From Octopus vulgaris (Eukaryota): a stretch of 64,000 nucleotides of DNA. How positions within the stretch are numbered: position 1 is the stretch's first letter; every line of letters starts with the position of its first letter. Positions 51,272 to 64,000 of the stretch are shown here, one piece after another. A program made the translations under genes and the position numbers. Below the pieces are notes generated by a model that saw only the letters and a list, made by a program, of their open reading frames with translations, did not search any database and was not told the origin of the DNA. Location of the stretch: positions 115,506,001 through 115,570,000 of the forward strand of contig OX597814.1 of NCBI GenBank assembly GCA_951406725.2, given 5' to 3'.

Positions 51272-51321
<50 letters not shown>

Positions 51322-51435
51322 ACGGGCTTCTTTCAGTTTCTGGCTACCGAATCCACTCAGAAGGCTTTGGTCGGCCCGAGGCTACAGTAGAATACATTTA
51401 CCCAAGGTGCCACGCAGTGGGACTGAACCCGGAAC
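51040..51435 (-). mobile_element. SINE family 1
   Basis: Reverse complement of family 1, about 400 bp upstream of the RAB5IF start codon. Confidence 0.8.
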
Positions 51436-51824
51436 ATATTCATACACACACACACACATACATAAGAGAGAGACAGAGAGAGAGAGTCGCTAGAGAAAGT
51501 GAATGACAAAAAGAAGGAAAATTAGACAAGAAGATACACTTTCGCATGCCGGTGTGTATGCATGCGTGCATACATGCCCGTATATACGTATGTATGTCAG
51601 GTAGGTACAGACAAAAGTAGGCAACGATACGAAAAGTAGGGGAAGCGATATGTTGCGCATAACCGGGGAAATATAATGAACAATTAACTATTTTGCTCCG
51701 ACACCGATTTTTCATTAATGCAGCAGAACACATTTCAAGCGAATTTAGAAAACCTTTTTATACATTTAATTATTTTCCACCTTTAAATATTTTGCTGTAC
51801 AGACTTTATCCTATTAACTAGCAG

Positions 51825-51935
51825 ATGGCTTCTTCTCCAAAAAGAAAGGATGCAAATAAATCGACAGATTCCGAAATTACATTAAGATCTACATTTTCAA
51901 AAATTTTTACTCCAGAAGCAACGTGGCCGGATAAG
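51825..51935 (+). CDS. RAB5IF: RAB5IF/C20orf24 (OPTI/RCAF1), coding exon 1
   Basis: MASSPKRKDANKSTDSEITLRSTFSKIFTPEATWPDK then AAG|GTTGGT, phase 0; ends in the family W.DK motif that joins DEFLDVIYW. Confidence 0.88.
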
Positions 51936-52221
51936 GTTGGTAAATCGTTAAGCTTATGTATTTAAAATAGTATTTAATTACTTTTATGCTTAAAGGGGGT
52001 GTGTATATTATATTTTACATTGCGGGAATTTAATTTATAAAATCGTGAAATAATCTGTAGTATTCTCTTCGAAATAACAGATGAAAATATTCGTTTCTAG
52101 ATTTCTTTCTAATTGTGGGTCTTTTTTTTAAAAAAAATAAATTAATAACACATAATTATTAATTATGAAATTAATAAAAAGACACATTCATTTATTTTAA
52201 TTACCAGCAAAGTCTACTTTA

Positions 52222-52234
52222 ATATACATATATA

Positions 52235-52277
<43 letters not shown>

Positions 52278-52412
52278 ATGTATATATATATGTGTGTGTG
52301 TATGTATATATATATATGTGTGTGTGTATGTATATATATATATATGTGTGTGTGTATGTATATATATATATATGTGTGTATGTATATATATATATATGTG
52401 TGTGTGTGTATG

Positions 52413-52473
<61 letters not shown>

Positions 52474-52476
52474 ATG

Positions 52477-52507
<31 letters not shown>

Positions 52508-52569
52508 ATGTATATATATATATATATATGTGTGTGTGTATGTATATATATATATATGTGTGTGTGTGT

Positions 52570-52627
<58 letters not shown>
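52222..52627. repeat. Compound (TA)n(TG)n higher-order microsatellite
   Basis: Alternating TATATA and TGTGTGTATG blocks. Confidence 0.95.
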
Positions 52628-53835
52628 GGTTAATATACAACCCCGATTGTCTCAAAATTATTCCCCGTTATAATTTTAATTATATATTATAAATGCGGCA
52701 ACGACAGCGAAACCGGGTTTTGATTGATGTGAAGTATTAAACACCCATCGATTGATTTTTTTTTTTTTTTAATTTTTGTTTTTTTTTTGTTTTCGGTTAT
52801 TAAGTTACCGAACAGGTCGCTCGTTTATAAAGATTCAGTAATGCATCGGTTGGAATTAGGGCTACTGCTATTTTTATTTTTTGTTGTTGCTATTGTTTGC
52901 TTAGCCTTAGATAGCTCTAATCGATAGACCTACAACGGAAGGGTATTACAATCATAACCAACTCGTCCTTTTTTTTTTTCCTGATAACGTGTACACCTAA
53001 CAGCATTATTCAGTATTTCCTTATATATTAGATTATAGTATGCGGTTTGAGGAATAAGTGGCTACTATTTCTAGCTGATCTACCGACCACGTAATATTTG
53101 TACGACTGCACCTCACACATCATTTATCTGAATGCTGTGAATAATAAACTATTTCCAATGAACCCCACTTTTTAAGGCAGATTAATTTGTAACTTAAATG
53201 CAATCAAGTGTTCTCTGGTGATCCGTTGCAGTTAAGCATACAAATGCCCATAGAACACCCGTTGCAGGGTTCTAAGCAACCATGATGGGGAAAAGTTCGT
53301 AGGAACTAATAATAGAAACTTCTGCATATCTTAATTTATCTTTTATTTAAAAAAAAAAATTAATTCTCAACAAGGAAGTCTTTTCGTGGTCGCGCGACTT
53401 TCTAAAAATAATTGCTGAATCGCCCTACCGCCCTTAATTAGGAAAGGGTACATGAAGTAGTATATTTTTAGTTACCTATAAAAAGTTGGGATGGTCACGG
53501 CTGGAATGTTTTTGATCGTCTGTCTGCCCATTTCGGGTTAAACGGTACCTAGATTTCTACTTGAACTAGACAGATGCGACTTTTCGTGGTTGCCAGACCG
53601 CCTAGAAATAGCAGCCAAATATCATCATATCGTACTCAATTGTCTTTAGAAAGGAAAAAATACTTTAGACAGTATAGTCCCAAATAAACATTAAAAAAAA
53701 AAAAGATTGGGTTGGTCTTGAGTCTTACCTTTGATCATAGGTCTGCTCGATGATGGCTACTTGGGGGTTAAACAACAACATTACCCACGTTTTAACTACT
53801 CCTTACTTGCTACAAACCCCATGCTTTGGTGGTAC

Positions 53836-54062
53836 CATGGCAGAGTCGTTAGCACGCCAGGCGAAATGCGTAGCCGTATTTCGTCTGTCGTTACGTTGTG
53901 AGTTCAAATCCCGCCGAGGTGGACTTTGCCTTTCATCCTTTCGGGGTCGATAAATTAAGTACCAGTTACGCACTGGGGTCGATGTAATCGACTTAATACC
54001 TATGTCTGTCCTTGTTTGTCCCCATCTGTGTTTAGCCCCTTGTGGGTAATAAAGAAATAGGT
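53836..54062 (+). mobile_element. SINE family 2
   Basis: TGGCAGAGTCGTTAGCACGCCAGGCGAAATG...GGGTAATAAAGAAATAGG; an inverted partial copy lies at 54365-54510. Confidence 0.85.
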
Positions 54063-55132
54063 ACCATATTATTCACATACATTTTTGAAAAACACCTATA
54101 ATAATGTTTTCTAGTAGGTTTGTTTGGGTTTATTTATTTATTTATTTATTTGTCTTTATTAGAAGGAAAAAGTCTGGTGTGCCTTGTGTATCTTAGTAAT
54201 CACCAATGGGATTTCCAAAATCCAAATCCATTGATCACTATCTTACCAATGATTCTTTATTCTATAAGCTTTCAACCAAAGTAAAGTTGTTGTTATATAA
54301 ATCTGCAAAACTTTATTTTCTTATGTTTAGTCCTCAAAGTCTGCCAAAATTCTATGCTTGTATCTTATTTCTTTACTGCCCACAAGGGGATACACACAGA
54401 GGGGACAAACAAGGACAGACAAACGGATTAAGTCGATTATGTCGACCCCAGTGCGTAACTGGTACTTATTTAATCGACCCTGAAAGGATGAAAGGCAAAG
54501 TCGACCTCAGAGACATCAAGACAAGCTTAACCCTAACCCACACACATACATACACACAATGGACACTTGTATCTTAATGAAGTATTCTTTAATTCTTTTA
54601 TTGGTGTCACTTATTCCAGACCCTCCTGTCTCTTGTATTCCTTTGTTACAGTTTTCAGTTCATTTCATCTTTCTTTGGTTCTCCAGTTATTCACCAATGT
54701 TTATAATATACATCACCATTTCTACCATTCTATATATATATCATAGCCCAATGTGTATAGTATACATTACCAGTCTATCATCATCATCATTTAATGTCCG
54801 TTGTACATACTGGCATAGGTTGGACGGTTTGACCAGGGCTGGAAAGCTGCACCAGACTCCAGTCTGATCTGACATGGTTTTCTGCGACTGGATGCCCTTC
54901 CTAATCCCAACCTCTCCAAGAGTTTAATAGGTGCTTTTACATGCCATTTGCATGACACTGGTATCTGCTAGGACTGATTTTACTTGTCTTGATGGGTCTT
55001 CTTCTCAAGCATGACATTATGCCAAAGCTCTCAGTCATTGCCTCCATGAGGCCCAACGCCCGAAAGGAACTCAGTCCTTGGGCCCACCAAATTCTGTCAA
55101 ATAGTTCAATCCATACCAGCAAGGAACATGGA

Positions 55133-55771
55133 CCCTTTAGCATTCAGATTAGTCTGTCAAATATATTATCATCATCATCGTTTAACATCCGCTTTCCATG
55201 CTAGCATGGATTGGACGATTTGACTGAGAATGGTGAACCAGATGGCTGCACCAGGCCCCAATCTTGATCTGGCAGAGTTTCTACAGCTGGATGCCCTTTC
55301 TAATGCCAACCACTCCGAGAGTGCTTTTACATGGCATGAGGGCCAGTCAGGCGGTACTGGCAACGGCCACACTCAAATGGTGCTTTTACATTCCACCTGC
55401 ACAGGAGCCAGTCCAGCAGCACTGGCAACGATCTCGCTTGAATGTTTTTTCATGTGCCACAGGCACAAGTGTCAGTGAAGCGATGCTGGTAACAATCACG
55501 CTCGAATGGTACTTTTTACGTGCCACCAGCACAGAAGCCAGTTAGCTGCTCTGGCAACGATCATGCTCAGGTGGTGCTCTTAGCGCTCCTTATTCACATT
55601 GTTTTGAATTAATCATGCATTATGTTGTGGCTTTGGAATTTCAGCAATGTGATTGTTTATTTTTAGAATGACATTGTAGGGTAGGTGTGAGTGACTGGAT
55701 CTGGCCAGTTTGAACGTAGACAGATAGAATATTATGGCCTGGTATAGCCAGTTTAAATGCTAAAGAGTTAA
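55133..55771. mobile_element. piggyBac-type MITE (family 2) interrupted by an RTE tail (about 55167-55590)
   Basis: CCCTTTAGCATTCAGA start and AATGCTAAAGAGTTAA end; uninterrupted copies at 57549-57776 and 62177-62400. Confidence 0.7.
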
Positions 55772-56321
55772 ATGATGATGATGGTGGTGGTGTCTGTTGT
55801 TGTTTGCTTTGCTATCTCAGAAACTATCCAGCTTTGTGAACTCAAATTGCCTTAATAATTACTAAGCAAAATAGCAGATTAAATGAAGATTGCCTTAATG
55901 ATTAGTAAGCAAAATAACAGATTAAATGAAGGATTTTACATTTTTTTGTCATTTTGCTTTAATGTTGGAGGTAGGTAGTTCTCATGGCAACATAATTTAT
56001 TCCACTTTTTAAACATTTTTAACATCATCTTTTAGTGTCTGTTTTCCATACTGGCATGGGTTGGATAATTTGACAGGAGCTGGCAAACCGGGAAGCTGCA
56101 CTAAGCTCCAATTGTCTGTCTTGACTTGGTTTCTACAGCTGGATGCCCTTTCTAATGCCAACTACTTCACAGAGTGCATTTGGTGCCCTTTTGGTGACAC
56201 CAATCCCCGTGTTTTATATGCAACACCAGCAGGGACACCAAGTAACTTGCAAGACAAAGACTTAGCTGTGAGAAGGAGTGGAACCGAGGGAAGTGGCTTT
56301 GTGCCAAGCAAGAGGTTGGAG

Positions 56322-56757
56322 TATAATAATAATAATAATAATGCAATTATTGTATACAGTGCTCAAGTGCACCACAACTTGTCAAAAGTGCGTATAAAGT
56401 ATATGCAGTAATGTACAAATGTCTGGAAAGTGAACAGTGCATGAGTCAGATACATACTTGCATGTGTATGGAGGGGAGAAAATCAGGTGTAGTGTTGGCA
56501 AATCTCAGGAAGCATGGAAGTTTTGAAGGATGCAGTGCTCCGACAACTAACAACTGATGCCAGCAGTTTGTTCCATGCTTCAGCAACTCTTAGCGTGAAA
56601 AAATGTTTCCGAAAGTCATGGGAGCTGTGCTGTTTTCTGACTTTGTAAACATGTCCACGGGTGTTAGACAGATGGAGTTTGAAAAAGTGCTCAGAGTTAT
56701 TGTTTGTAAGATGGTTAATAATTTTATGAGTGTCTGTCAAGTCAGCTGCCAGACGTC
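56322..56757 (-). mobile_element. CR1 LINE 3' fragment
   Basis: THKIINHLTNNNSEHFFKLHLSNTRGH...WNKL matches the C-terminus of the 32034 ORF; (ATT)n tail. Confidence 0.9.
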
Positions 56758-56896
56758 AGGGAAGGATAGAGATAGGTGTCTACTATGGAAGAGATTCTTT
56801 GCTACTCTGGTAGGAAAAGGAAGGTGGGAAAGAGTTAGAGAGAAAGATAGGGAGACAATCACAGTGAGAGATAGAGAGAAATAGATGGTGTTGGAG

Positions 56897-57130
56897 ATCA
56901 TCATCATCATCGTTTAATGTCTGCTTTCCATGCTAGCATGGGTTGGACGATTTGACTTAGGACTGGCAAACCAGATGGCTGCACCAGGCTCCAATCTGAT
57001 ATGGCAGAGTTTCTACAGCTGGATGCCTTTCCTAATGCCAACTATTCCAAGAGTGTAGTGGGTGCTTTTACGTGCCACCGGCATGGGGGCCAGTCAGGCG
57101 GTACTGGCAACGGCCAGCTCGAAATGGTGT
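56897..57130 (-). mobile_element. RTE 3' tail fragment
   Basis: (CAT)n plus CCATGCTAGCATGG palindrome. Confidence 0.85.
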
Positions 57131-57548
57131 TTAAGAATGTGCGCGGATATCTTTAAAAGTGGAAAAGACAAGTGATAGTGAAGGAAATTGGAGTGGCTGA
57201 AAGGCCGGTAAGGAAGATATGCGTGGGCATGGAGAGTATGCGGATAGGCACATGGAAAAGAGTGGAGGGGTCTGCAGTGGGTGAGGGAGAGGAGATGGGC
57301 CTTCAGTAGGTGTTGGGGAGATGAAGGGAGTTTTGACAGAAGCCAGATGTGTGTGTGTGTGTGTGCATACAGGCCATCTCTCCTCTTCCTATTATCCTTG
57401 TATCCATGCCGTCCCCTTCAAACTTCTATCAAATCACTATGCCCAGTCTTATTTTTTCCTTCCCAAAACTTCAACATCCTAGAATCCCCAATCTCTTCTC
57501 TTCATATCTTTCTCACAGATGTTGACTTAAAAAGGTCCAAGATGAACA

Positions 57549-57776
57549 TTAACCGTTTAGCATTCGGATTTCTTTGTGAAATTTATTGCTTATTTATTCC
57601 TACTGTTTTGAATTAATCACATATTATTTTGCAACTTCAAAATTTAAATGGTGTGGCTATATATTTTTAAAATGACATTGTAGGGTACGTATGAGAGGTT
57701 GGATCCAGACAGTTTTAACATAAAACAGGTAGAATATTTGAGCCGGATATGGCCGGATTAAATGCTAAAGGGTTAA
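57549..57776. mobile_element. piggyBac-type MITE (family 2)
   Basis: TTAA-CCGTTTAGCATT...AATGCTAAAGGG-TTAA. Confidence 0.82.
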
Positions 57777-57952
57777 TGACGTCATTCTCACCAATCCATG
57801 AGGACTCGCAATGGCCATGCATTGGTCTTCCCTTTCCTCCAGACCTAACAATTAAAAGTAGAACATCAGTGACCAATCAATAGATTGCTCTTATTTTTGT
57901 TTTGTTCTTTTATTTTATTTATTTATTTATTTTTGATGTCTTTATTTTGCAG

Positions 57953-58056
57953 GATGAATTTCTCGACGTTATTTACTGGATGCGGCAAATTTTGGGCATC
58001 TTTCTTGGACTTATATGGGGAGTTATTCCCTTGAAAGGCATCTTTGGAATTTTAAT
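57953..58056 (+). CDS. RAB5IF: RAB5IF/C20orf24, coding exon 2
   Basis: Acceptor ttattttgcag|; DEFLDVIYWMRQILGIFLGLIWGVIPLKGIFGIL plus AT, then |gtaag (phase 2). Confidence 0.96.
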
Positions 58057-58227
58057 GTAAGCACATTGTTTTTTGTTAATGAATTCTTTCTCATAGACCT
58101 CTACGATCAGGTATAAACAGTCACAATTCAACCAAGTAGAAAATGAGAAAGTAGGAATTCTCTTTTCTCAGAACTCATCAATCAATTGACTTTCCCCAGG
58201 AATTAAAGCTTTGTTCAGCATAGCCTT

Positions 58228-58490
58228 ACTGGCACCTGTGCCGGTGGCATGTGTAAAAAGATTCGAGCAAGGTCGTTGCCAGTACCACCTTGACTAGCCC
58301 CCATGCCAGTGGCACGTAAAAGCACCCACTACACTCTCGGAGTGGTTGGCATTAGGAAGGGCATCTAGCTGTAGAAACTCTGCCAGATCAAGATTGGAGC
58401 CTGGTACAGCCATCTGGTTCGCCAACCCTCAGTCAAATCGTCCAACCCATGCTAGCAAGAAAAGCGGACGTTAAAAGATGATGATGATGA
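58228..58490 (+). mobile_element. RTE 3' tail fragment
   Basis: UTR units, GGAGTGGTTGGCATTAGGAAGGGCATC and (GAT)n. Confidence 0.85.
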
Positions 58491-59224
58491 TTCTAAGTGT
58501 TTGTTTAGAGTCTGCAGCACCTCATATATAACCATAATCATCATTTAATATCCATTTTCCATGCTGGCATGAGTTGGATGGTTTGACAGGAGCTGAAGAG
58601 CTGCTTAGGCCCCATGTCTGTTTTGGCATGGTTTCTATGGCTGAATGCCCTTCCTAATGGCAACCACTTTATAAGATGTACTGAGTGCTTTTATGCAGCG
58701 CCAGCAGTGGTGGCACAATGGCCCAATGGTTAGGGCAGCGGACTTGCGGTCAGAGGATCGCGGTTTCAATTCCCAGACCGGGCGTTGTGTGTGTTTAGTG
58801 AGCGAAAATACCTAAAGCTCCACGAGGCTCCGGCAGTGGGTGGTGGCGACTCCTGTTGTACTCTTTCGCTCCAACTTTCTCTCACTCTTCCTTCCTGTTT
58901 CTTGTCCCCAACTTCCTACACAACTGCTGAGCCTGGATGTGCATTCATCCATCCGTCGATGCTCTCGGTGTCGGGGGTTGACCTGCTTTCTCTTCTGCAG
59001 GTCTTACGAATAGCAAAGGACCACGTTTCGGACTGCAGACAGTCCTGAGACGCTCAACAAACAAACAAACAGCACCAGAATGGGTGCTTTTGCATGGCAC
59101 TGATATGGGTGCTTTTTATGTGGCACTAGCACCCACATGCCCACAATATTAAAACTGCTCAGCCAGAGAGAGTTGCAGGGGATAAGCCTGTATGCAAAAA
59201 CAACCACGAATTTACTTAGCTTGG

Positions 59225-60768
59225 CATGTCTTCTCAAATACAGCAAATTGCCAGGAGTCTTGGTCTCCTGTCATCCCCTCTGTGAGGCCCAACTTCTGAA
59301 GATCCTTTCTCACCATTTCATCCCATGTCTTCCTAGATCTATTTTTTATTTCTTTATTGCCCACAAGAGGCTAAACATAGAGGGGACAAACAAGGACAGA
59401 CAAAGGGATTAAGTCAATTACATCGACCCCAGTGAGTAACTGGTACTTAATTTTATTGACCCTAAAAGGATGAAAGGCAAAGTCGACCTCGGCGGAATTT
59501 GAACTCAGAACGTAATGGCAGACAAAATATACCTATTTCTTAACTACCCACAAAGGGCTAAACACAGACAGGACAAACAAGGACAGACAAAGGGATTAAG
59601 TCGATTACATCAACCCCAGTGCTAACGTTTCTGCCAGCTTGCCACCTTAGATCTATTTCTTCCACATGTTCCCTCCACAGTTGCATCAAAAGATCAGCAC
59701 TTCTTCAGGCAACTGTCTTCATTCTTATGCATCACATAGCCATACCAGCACAGTCTTCTCTCTTGCATGCTACATCTGACGCCTCGTATACCCAGTTTTT
59801 CTCTCTAATCACTTACACTCTGTTGTATATGCACACTGATATTACCCATCCAGTGGAGCATGCTAGCTTCATTTCTTTTAAGCCTTCACATAACCTCAGT
59901 TGTCACAGCCCATGTCTCACTGCCATGTAGTACAACTGTAAATACACAAGTATCATAAAATCTGCCTTTATACACAGGTATCATAAAATCTGTCTTTCAC
60001 CCTGAGGGAGAGGCACTTCATTACTAACAGAGGTAGTAGCTCTCTGAACTTAGCCCAGCCTATTCTTATTCTAGCAGCTATGGTTTCGGAACAACCACCC
60101 CCACTGCTAGCTTGGTCACCTAAATAACGGAAACTGTCAACTACTTCTAAAGATCTCCCCTGACATTTGAGGGAGTCTATTTTTTTGTACATTCCTAGTG
60201 TTTAACCCTTTTGTTACTAACCCGGCCAAAACCGGCTCTGGCTCGGTGGTAAAATGTCTCGTTTTCATAAGTTTTGAATTAAAATATTCCACCAAGCCTT
60301 AGTCACAATTTACGTTCCCAACACTAGCTGAATGATAACTAAGTTATTTTACTAAATTCTTTGTTATATTTAAAATAATTGAAAGAAACACAGATCACCT
60401 CAAAATAAATACAGTAATGAAAGGGTTTATGTACCTGCACATCTTCCACATGTAAAGACTTCTTTCTCTTTTTATCTTCCAGTTATACCACTACACCTCT
60501 TGTATCCATAGCTTGCACTGGGTACACCTTATAGAGTTTCTCCCAACACCTTTTCTACATATCAAACAGGACCATCTCCCTGAAGGGATCTGCAATTTGT
60601 CTGTGTTCCTATATATCAATACTTAGGTTTTTGCTAAATTAACTCTAAGGCCCTTTGATTCTAGTCCTTGCTTCCATGCCTGAATTTTCTTCTCTAGCTC
60701 TGGTAGTGACTCAGCAAAAAAAGCAAGGTCATTGGCATAGAGGAGCTCCCAGAGGAAGCTAGTTTTAA
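59225..60768 (-). mobile_element. RTE LINE 3' part with a nested SINE (59345-59647) and a nested piggyBac MITE (60202-60428)
   Basis: Minus strand WELLYANDL, PHD-like finger, LEVVDSFRYLGDQ...RIRIGWAKFRELLPLL; the SINE is flanked by TAGATCTATTT. Confidence 0.88.
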
Positions 60769-60811
60769 ATACTTAAATAACCCTGTTACAGTTGATAAAC
60801 AGTTGGGTGCT

Positions 60812-61235
60812 ATCATCATCATCATCATCGTTTAACGTCCATTTTCCATGCTGGCATGGGTTGGATGGTTTGACTGAGGACTGGCAAACCAGATGGCTGC
60901 ACCAGGCTCCAATCTGATCTGGCAGAGTTTCTACAGCTGGATGCCCTTCCTAACGCCAACCTCTCTGAGAGTGTAGTGGGTGCTTGTACATGCCACCGGC
61001 ACAAGGGCCAGCCAGGTGATACTGGCAACGACCTCACTCAAATGTTGTTTTCTGCGTGCCACCAACACAAGTGCCAGTAAGGCAACACTGGTAATGATCA
61101 CGCTTGAATGGTGCTTTTTATGTGCCACCTGCACGGGAGCCAGTCAGCAGCCCTGGCAATGATCATGCTCAGATGGTGCTTTTAACATTCCACTGGCACG
61201 AATACCAGTCAGGCAATGCTGTCATCGGCCATGTC
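60812..61235 (-). mobile_element. RTE 3' tail with several UTR units
   Basis: (CAT)n start plus repeated GTGCCACC...GCCAG...CTGGC units. Confidence 0.85.
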
Positions 61236-63112
61236 AGTGAATAGGCTTCTTTCAGTTTCCATTTACCAAATCCACACACAAGGCTTTGATCAGTCTGAGT
61301 TTATAGTAGAAGACACTTGCTCAATTTGTCACACAGTGAGTCTGAACTCCAAAACATGTTGTTGGGAAGCAAGCTTCTTACCACACAGCAATTTCATTAT
61401 TAAGATTGTTTAGAACATAAATTAATCTGAAATTTTGCTGGAAGACGGTTGTTATTTAGGTCACTTTAATCTAGGCAATTTACATCTTAGAGCCAGGACT
61501 GAACTCAGGCAAGTTGGTATCAAAAGGGGTTAATACAATTCAATCATAGTCTTCTTCATCATCAACATTTTATGTCTGCTTTCCATGTTGGAAGTGGGTT
61601 GGATGGGTTGTCACAGTTGGAATCAGCATGTATTTCAGGGTCTCAGCTTGATGGCTCAGGGTACCTTGTCTCACATTTGTTTCATTTTTGGCTCAGTTTC
61701 TACTGCTGGATGGCCTCTTTAGCCCCAACCACTCTACAGGGTGTGGTCTTACCATTGTGATTTTTAAATTAGTCACAAAGCAACACATTTTGTGGGAGGA
61801 TGTGTGTGTGTGTAAGCGTATGTTTATGTCTACCCTTGTACACACGGGTACACACCAGAAGCCTTGTAAGTAGATTTGTGAGAGATAGATGGAAACTGGG
61901 AGAAGCTCTAAGTTACAGGGACATAAATACACCAGCATCAGTTGTCACGCGATGTTGCGGGAGGGAGAGAAACATATACACACAAACACACACACACACA
62001 TATATGACAGGCTTCTTTCAGTTTCCATCTACCAAATCCACTCAGAAGGCTTTGGTTAGACTGAGGCTATAGTAGAAGACACTTGCCCAAGATGCCACAC
62101 AGTGGGACTGAACCTGGAACCATGTGGTTGGTAAGCAAGCTACTTACCACACAGCCACTCCTGCACCTGCATACATTTAACCCTTTAGTGTCAGATTATT
62201 CTGTTAAATGTGATACTTTTTCACTCAAATTGTTTTGAATTAATCATGCATTATCTTATAGCTTTTGAGGTTTCAATGATGTGATTGTTTATTTTTAGAA
62301 TGTCAGTGTAGGTTCGGTGTGAGAGGCTAGATATGGCCAGTTTGAATATAAAACATGTAGAATATTTGGGCCGGATATGGCCAGTTTAAACACTAACTTA
62401 GTTTTCAGTGGGATTCAGCGTGATACCGAATGTGATGAGGTTGGCCCTTTGAAATACAGGAACAATTCAATATTGCCAGCTGAGTGGACTGGGACCACAG
62501 GAAACACAGTCTCCTGCTCACATGAACGTAACTGACTACCACAAAACATTTTGTCTGACTTTCTTCCGATCCTGCCATCCATCCTCTATTTGGTGTGTTC
62601 CCTATTTAACTCCACACGAGCTTATGTAATGTCACTTGTAGTTGAGCTAACCTTCAGTAACATAGAAGAGCAAATCAAAAGATAAATGGTGATGGTGGTG
62701 GTGGCAGCGGCGGCAGAGACGACTTCTGCACCACCAGCAATGAAAATGATGTTTCCTTTGGTAGTAACAATAGTAGTAACCACTACTCAACATATCTCTT
62801 CTTCGTTCCTCCTTTCTCTCCTTCCGTCTCAACAGATAAAGTAGAAACCTAAATTGATATTAATTTATATTTTCTCACAGCTCTATATGTCATGACCTAT
62901 TGCTCTATTTATTTTCAGTGCTTGGGGAAAGACTCTAGTATTTCAATGTGTCCATTAATACACAAAATTTAACTGTTCCCATATCCTCCCCCGCCACACC
63001 CTCTGCCTTTGATTAATTGTCAAGGTCAGTATTTGATGTTTTCTTGTTTTTACACAGCAAAGTTTATCTCACATATCTTGACTAAATGTCATCCTTTCGT
63101 CTTCTCTTTCAG

Positions 63113-63242
63113 TTTTTTCCTCATCAATGTTGGCTTTATATACATGTACTACAGCACTTTCCAGCGTGTTGAAGATGAAGAATATGGTGGATCAGCAGAG
63201 ATTTTAAAAGAAGGATTGATGACTTCGTTTTCCTCATTTCTA
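63113..63242 (+). CDS. RAB5IF: RAB5IF/C20orf24, coding exon 3
   Basis: Acceptor cttctctttcag|; T then FFLINVGFIYMYYSTFQRVEDEEYGGSAEILKEGLMTSFSSFL, then |gttagt. It contains the family EEYGG..E..KEG.MTSF motif and its phase is compatible with exon 2. Confidence 0.96.
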
Positions 63243-63589
63243 GTTAGTACCCTTTTTTTTTTAAATAAAATTTATCCATTGTTTATATGAACATAACTAT
63301 ATATATACTTATATACTGTGATCTACGATTTATGGTGATGGGTCCACATAAAAAGCACTGGTGCTAGTGCCACCTAAAAAGCACTAGTGCTTGTGCCACA
63401 TAAAAATGGGTGCTTTTACATGCCACTTGCATGACACTAGTATCTTCCACAAATAGAATTTCACTTGGGTCGATGGGCCTGTCTTCTGCTCAAGCACAGT
63501 GTTTTGCCACTGGTCTTGGTCATTTGTCATCACCTCCGTGAGGCCCAGCACTCGAAAGGTGCTTGTTACATGTCACCAGTACAATCGTA

Positions 63590-63865
63590 ATCATCATCAT
63601 CATTTAACGTCCGCTTTCCATGCTAGCATGGGTTGAACGGTTTGACTGAGGTCTAGCGAATCTGATGGCTGCACCAGGTTCCAATCTGATCTGGCAGAGT
63701 TTCTGCAGCTCGATGCCTTTCCTAATGCCAACTGGTCCAAGAGTGTAGAGGGTGCTTTTACTTGACACCGGCACAAGGACCAGTCAGGTGGTACTGGCAG
63801 CGGCCACGCTCAAATGGTGCTTTTTATGTGCCACCTGCACAGGAACCAGTCAGGCGGCACTGGCA
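63590..63865 (-). mobile_element. RTE 3' tail fragment
   Basis: Same tail as the other copies. Confidence 0.85.
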
Positions 63866-64000
63866 ATACAATGTGAATAAATATCCATTAAATTTGACAG
63901 AGTAATCTGAGTGTTAAAGGGTTGATGCAGTAAGCTGGCAGAATTGTTAGAGCATCAGGAAAACTGCCTGGCAATATTTGTTCTGACCCATTACATTTTG

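Noticed and set aside
52197-52692. Long YI/CV/HT-rich ORFs (also near 11400-11800, 29400-29750, 41170-42500 and 45060-45750)
   Set aside because: Translations of (TA)n, (TG)n and (CA)n microsatellites.
63009-63290. 93-aa single-exon ORF
   Set aside because: Only 63113-63242 is RAB5IF exon; the flanks are intronic read-through.

Overview
Eukaryotic, AT-rich, repeat-dominated DNA, most likely from a coleoid cephalopod (Octopus-like); the species is inferred from the SINE, RTE-LINE and microsatellite landscape, not proven. Two divergently oriented, intron-split housekeeping genes are visible. One is the first coding exon of a uridine-cytidine kinase (UCK1/2-like, minus strand, 30311-30418); no exon 2 was found, so positions 1-30310 probably lie in a >30 kb intron. 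The other is three coding exons of RAB5IF/C20orf24 (plus strand, 51825-63242), whose last exon lies beyond the window. The rest is RTE, CR1 and R4/Dong-like LINE fragments, three SINE families, piggyBac-, pogo- and Merlin-type MITEs, a mariner relic, Helitron-like elements, a 5S rRNA pseudogene and simple repeats. Most notable: (1) several Penelope-type hammerhead ribozyme motifs, three with complete catalytic cores, palindromic loop III and unusually long stem II inserts; (2) an RTE family with a PHD-like finger and a 3' UTR built of 62-bp hairpin+pseudoknot units, which has amplified into a hierarchical array; (3) an old local segmental duplication with independent LINE insertions at almost the same site; (4) inverted repeat pairs bracketing exons. 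Nearly all short six-frame ORFs are microsatellite or transposon artefacts. Repeat boundaries are approximate and were read by eye.
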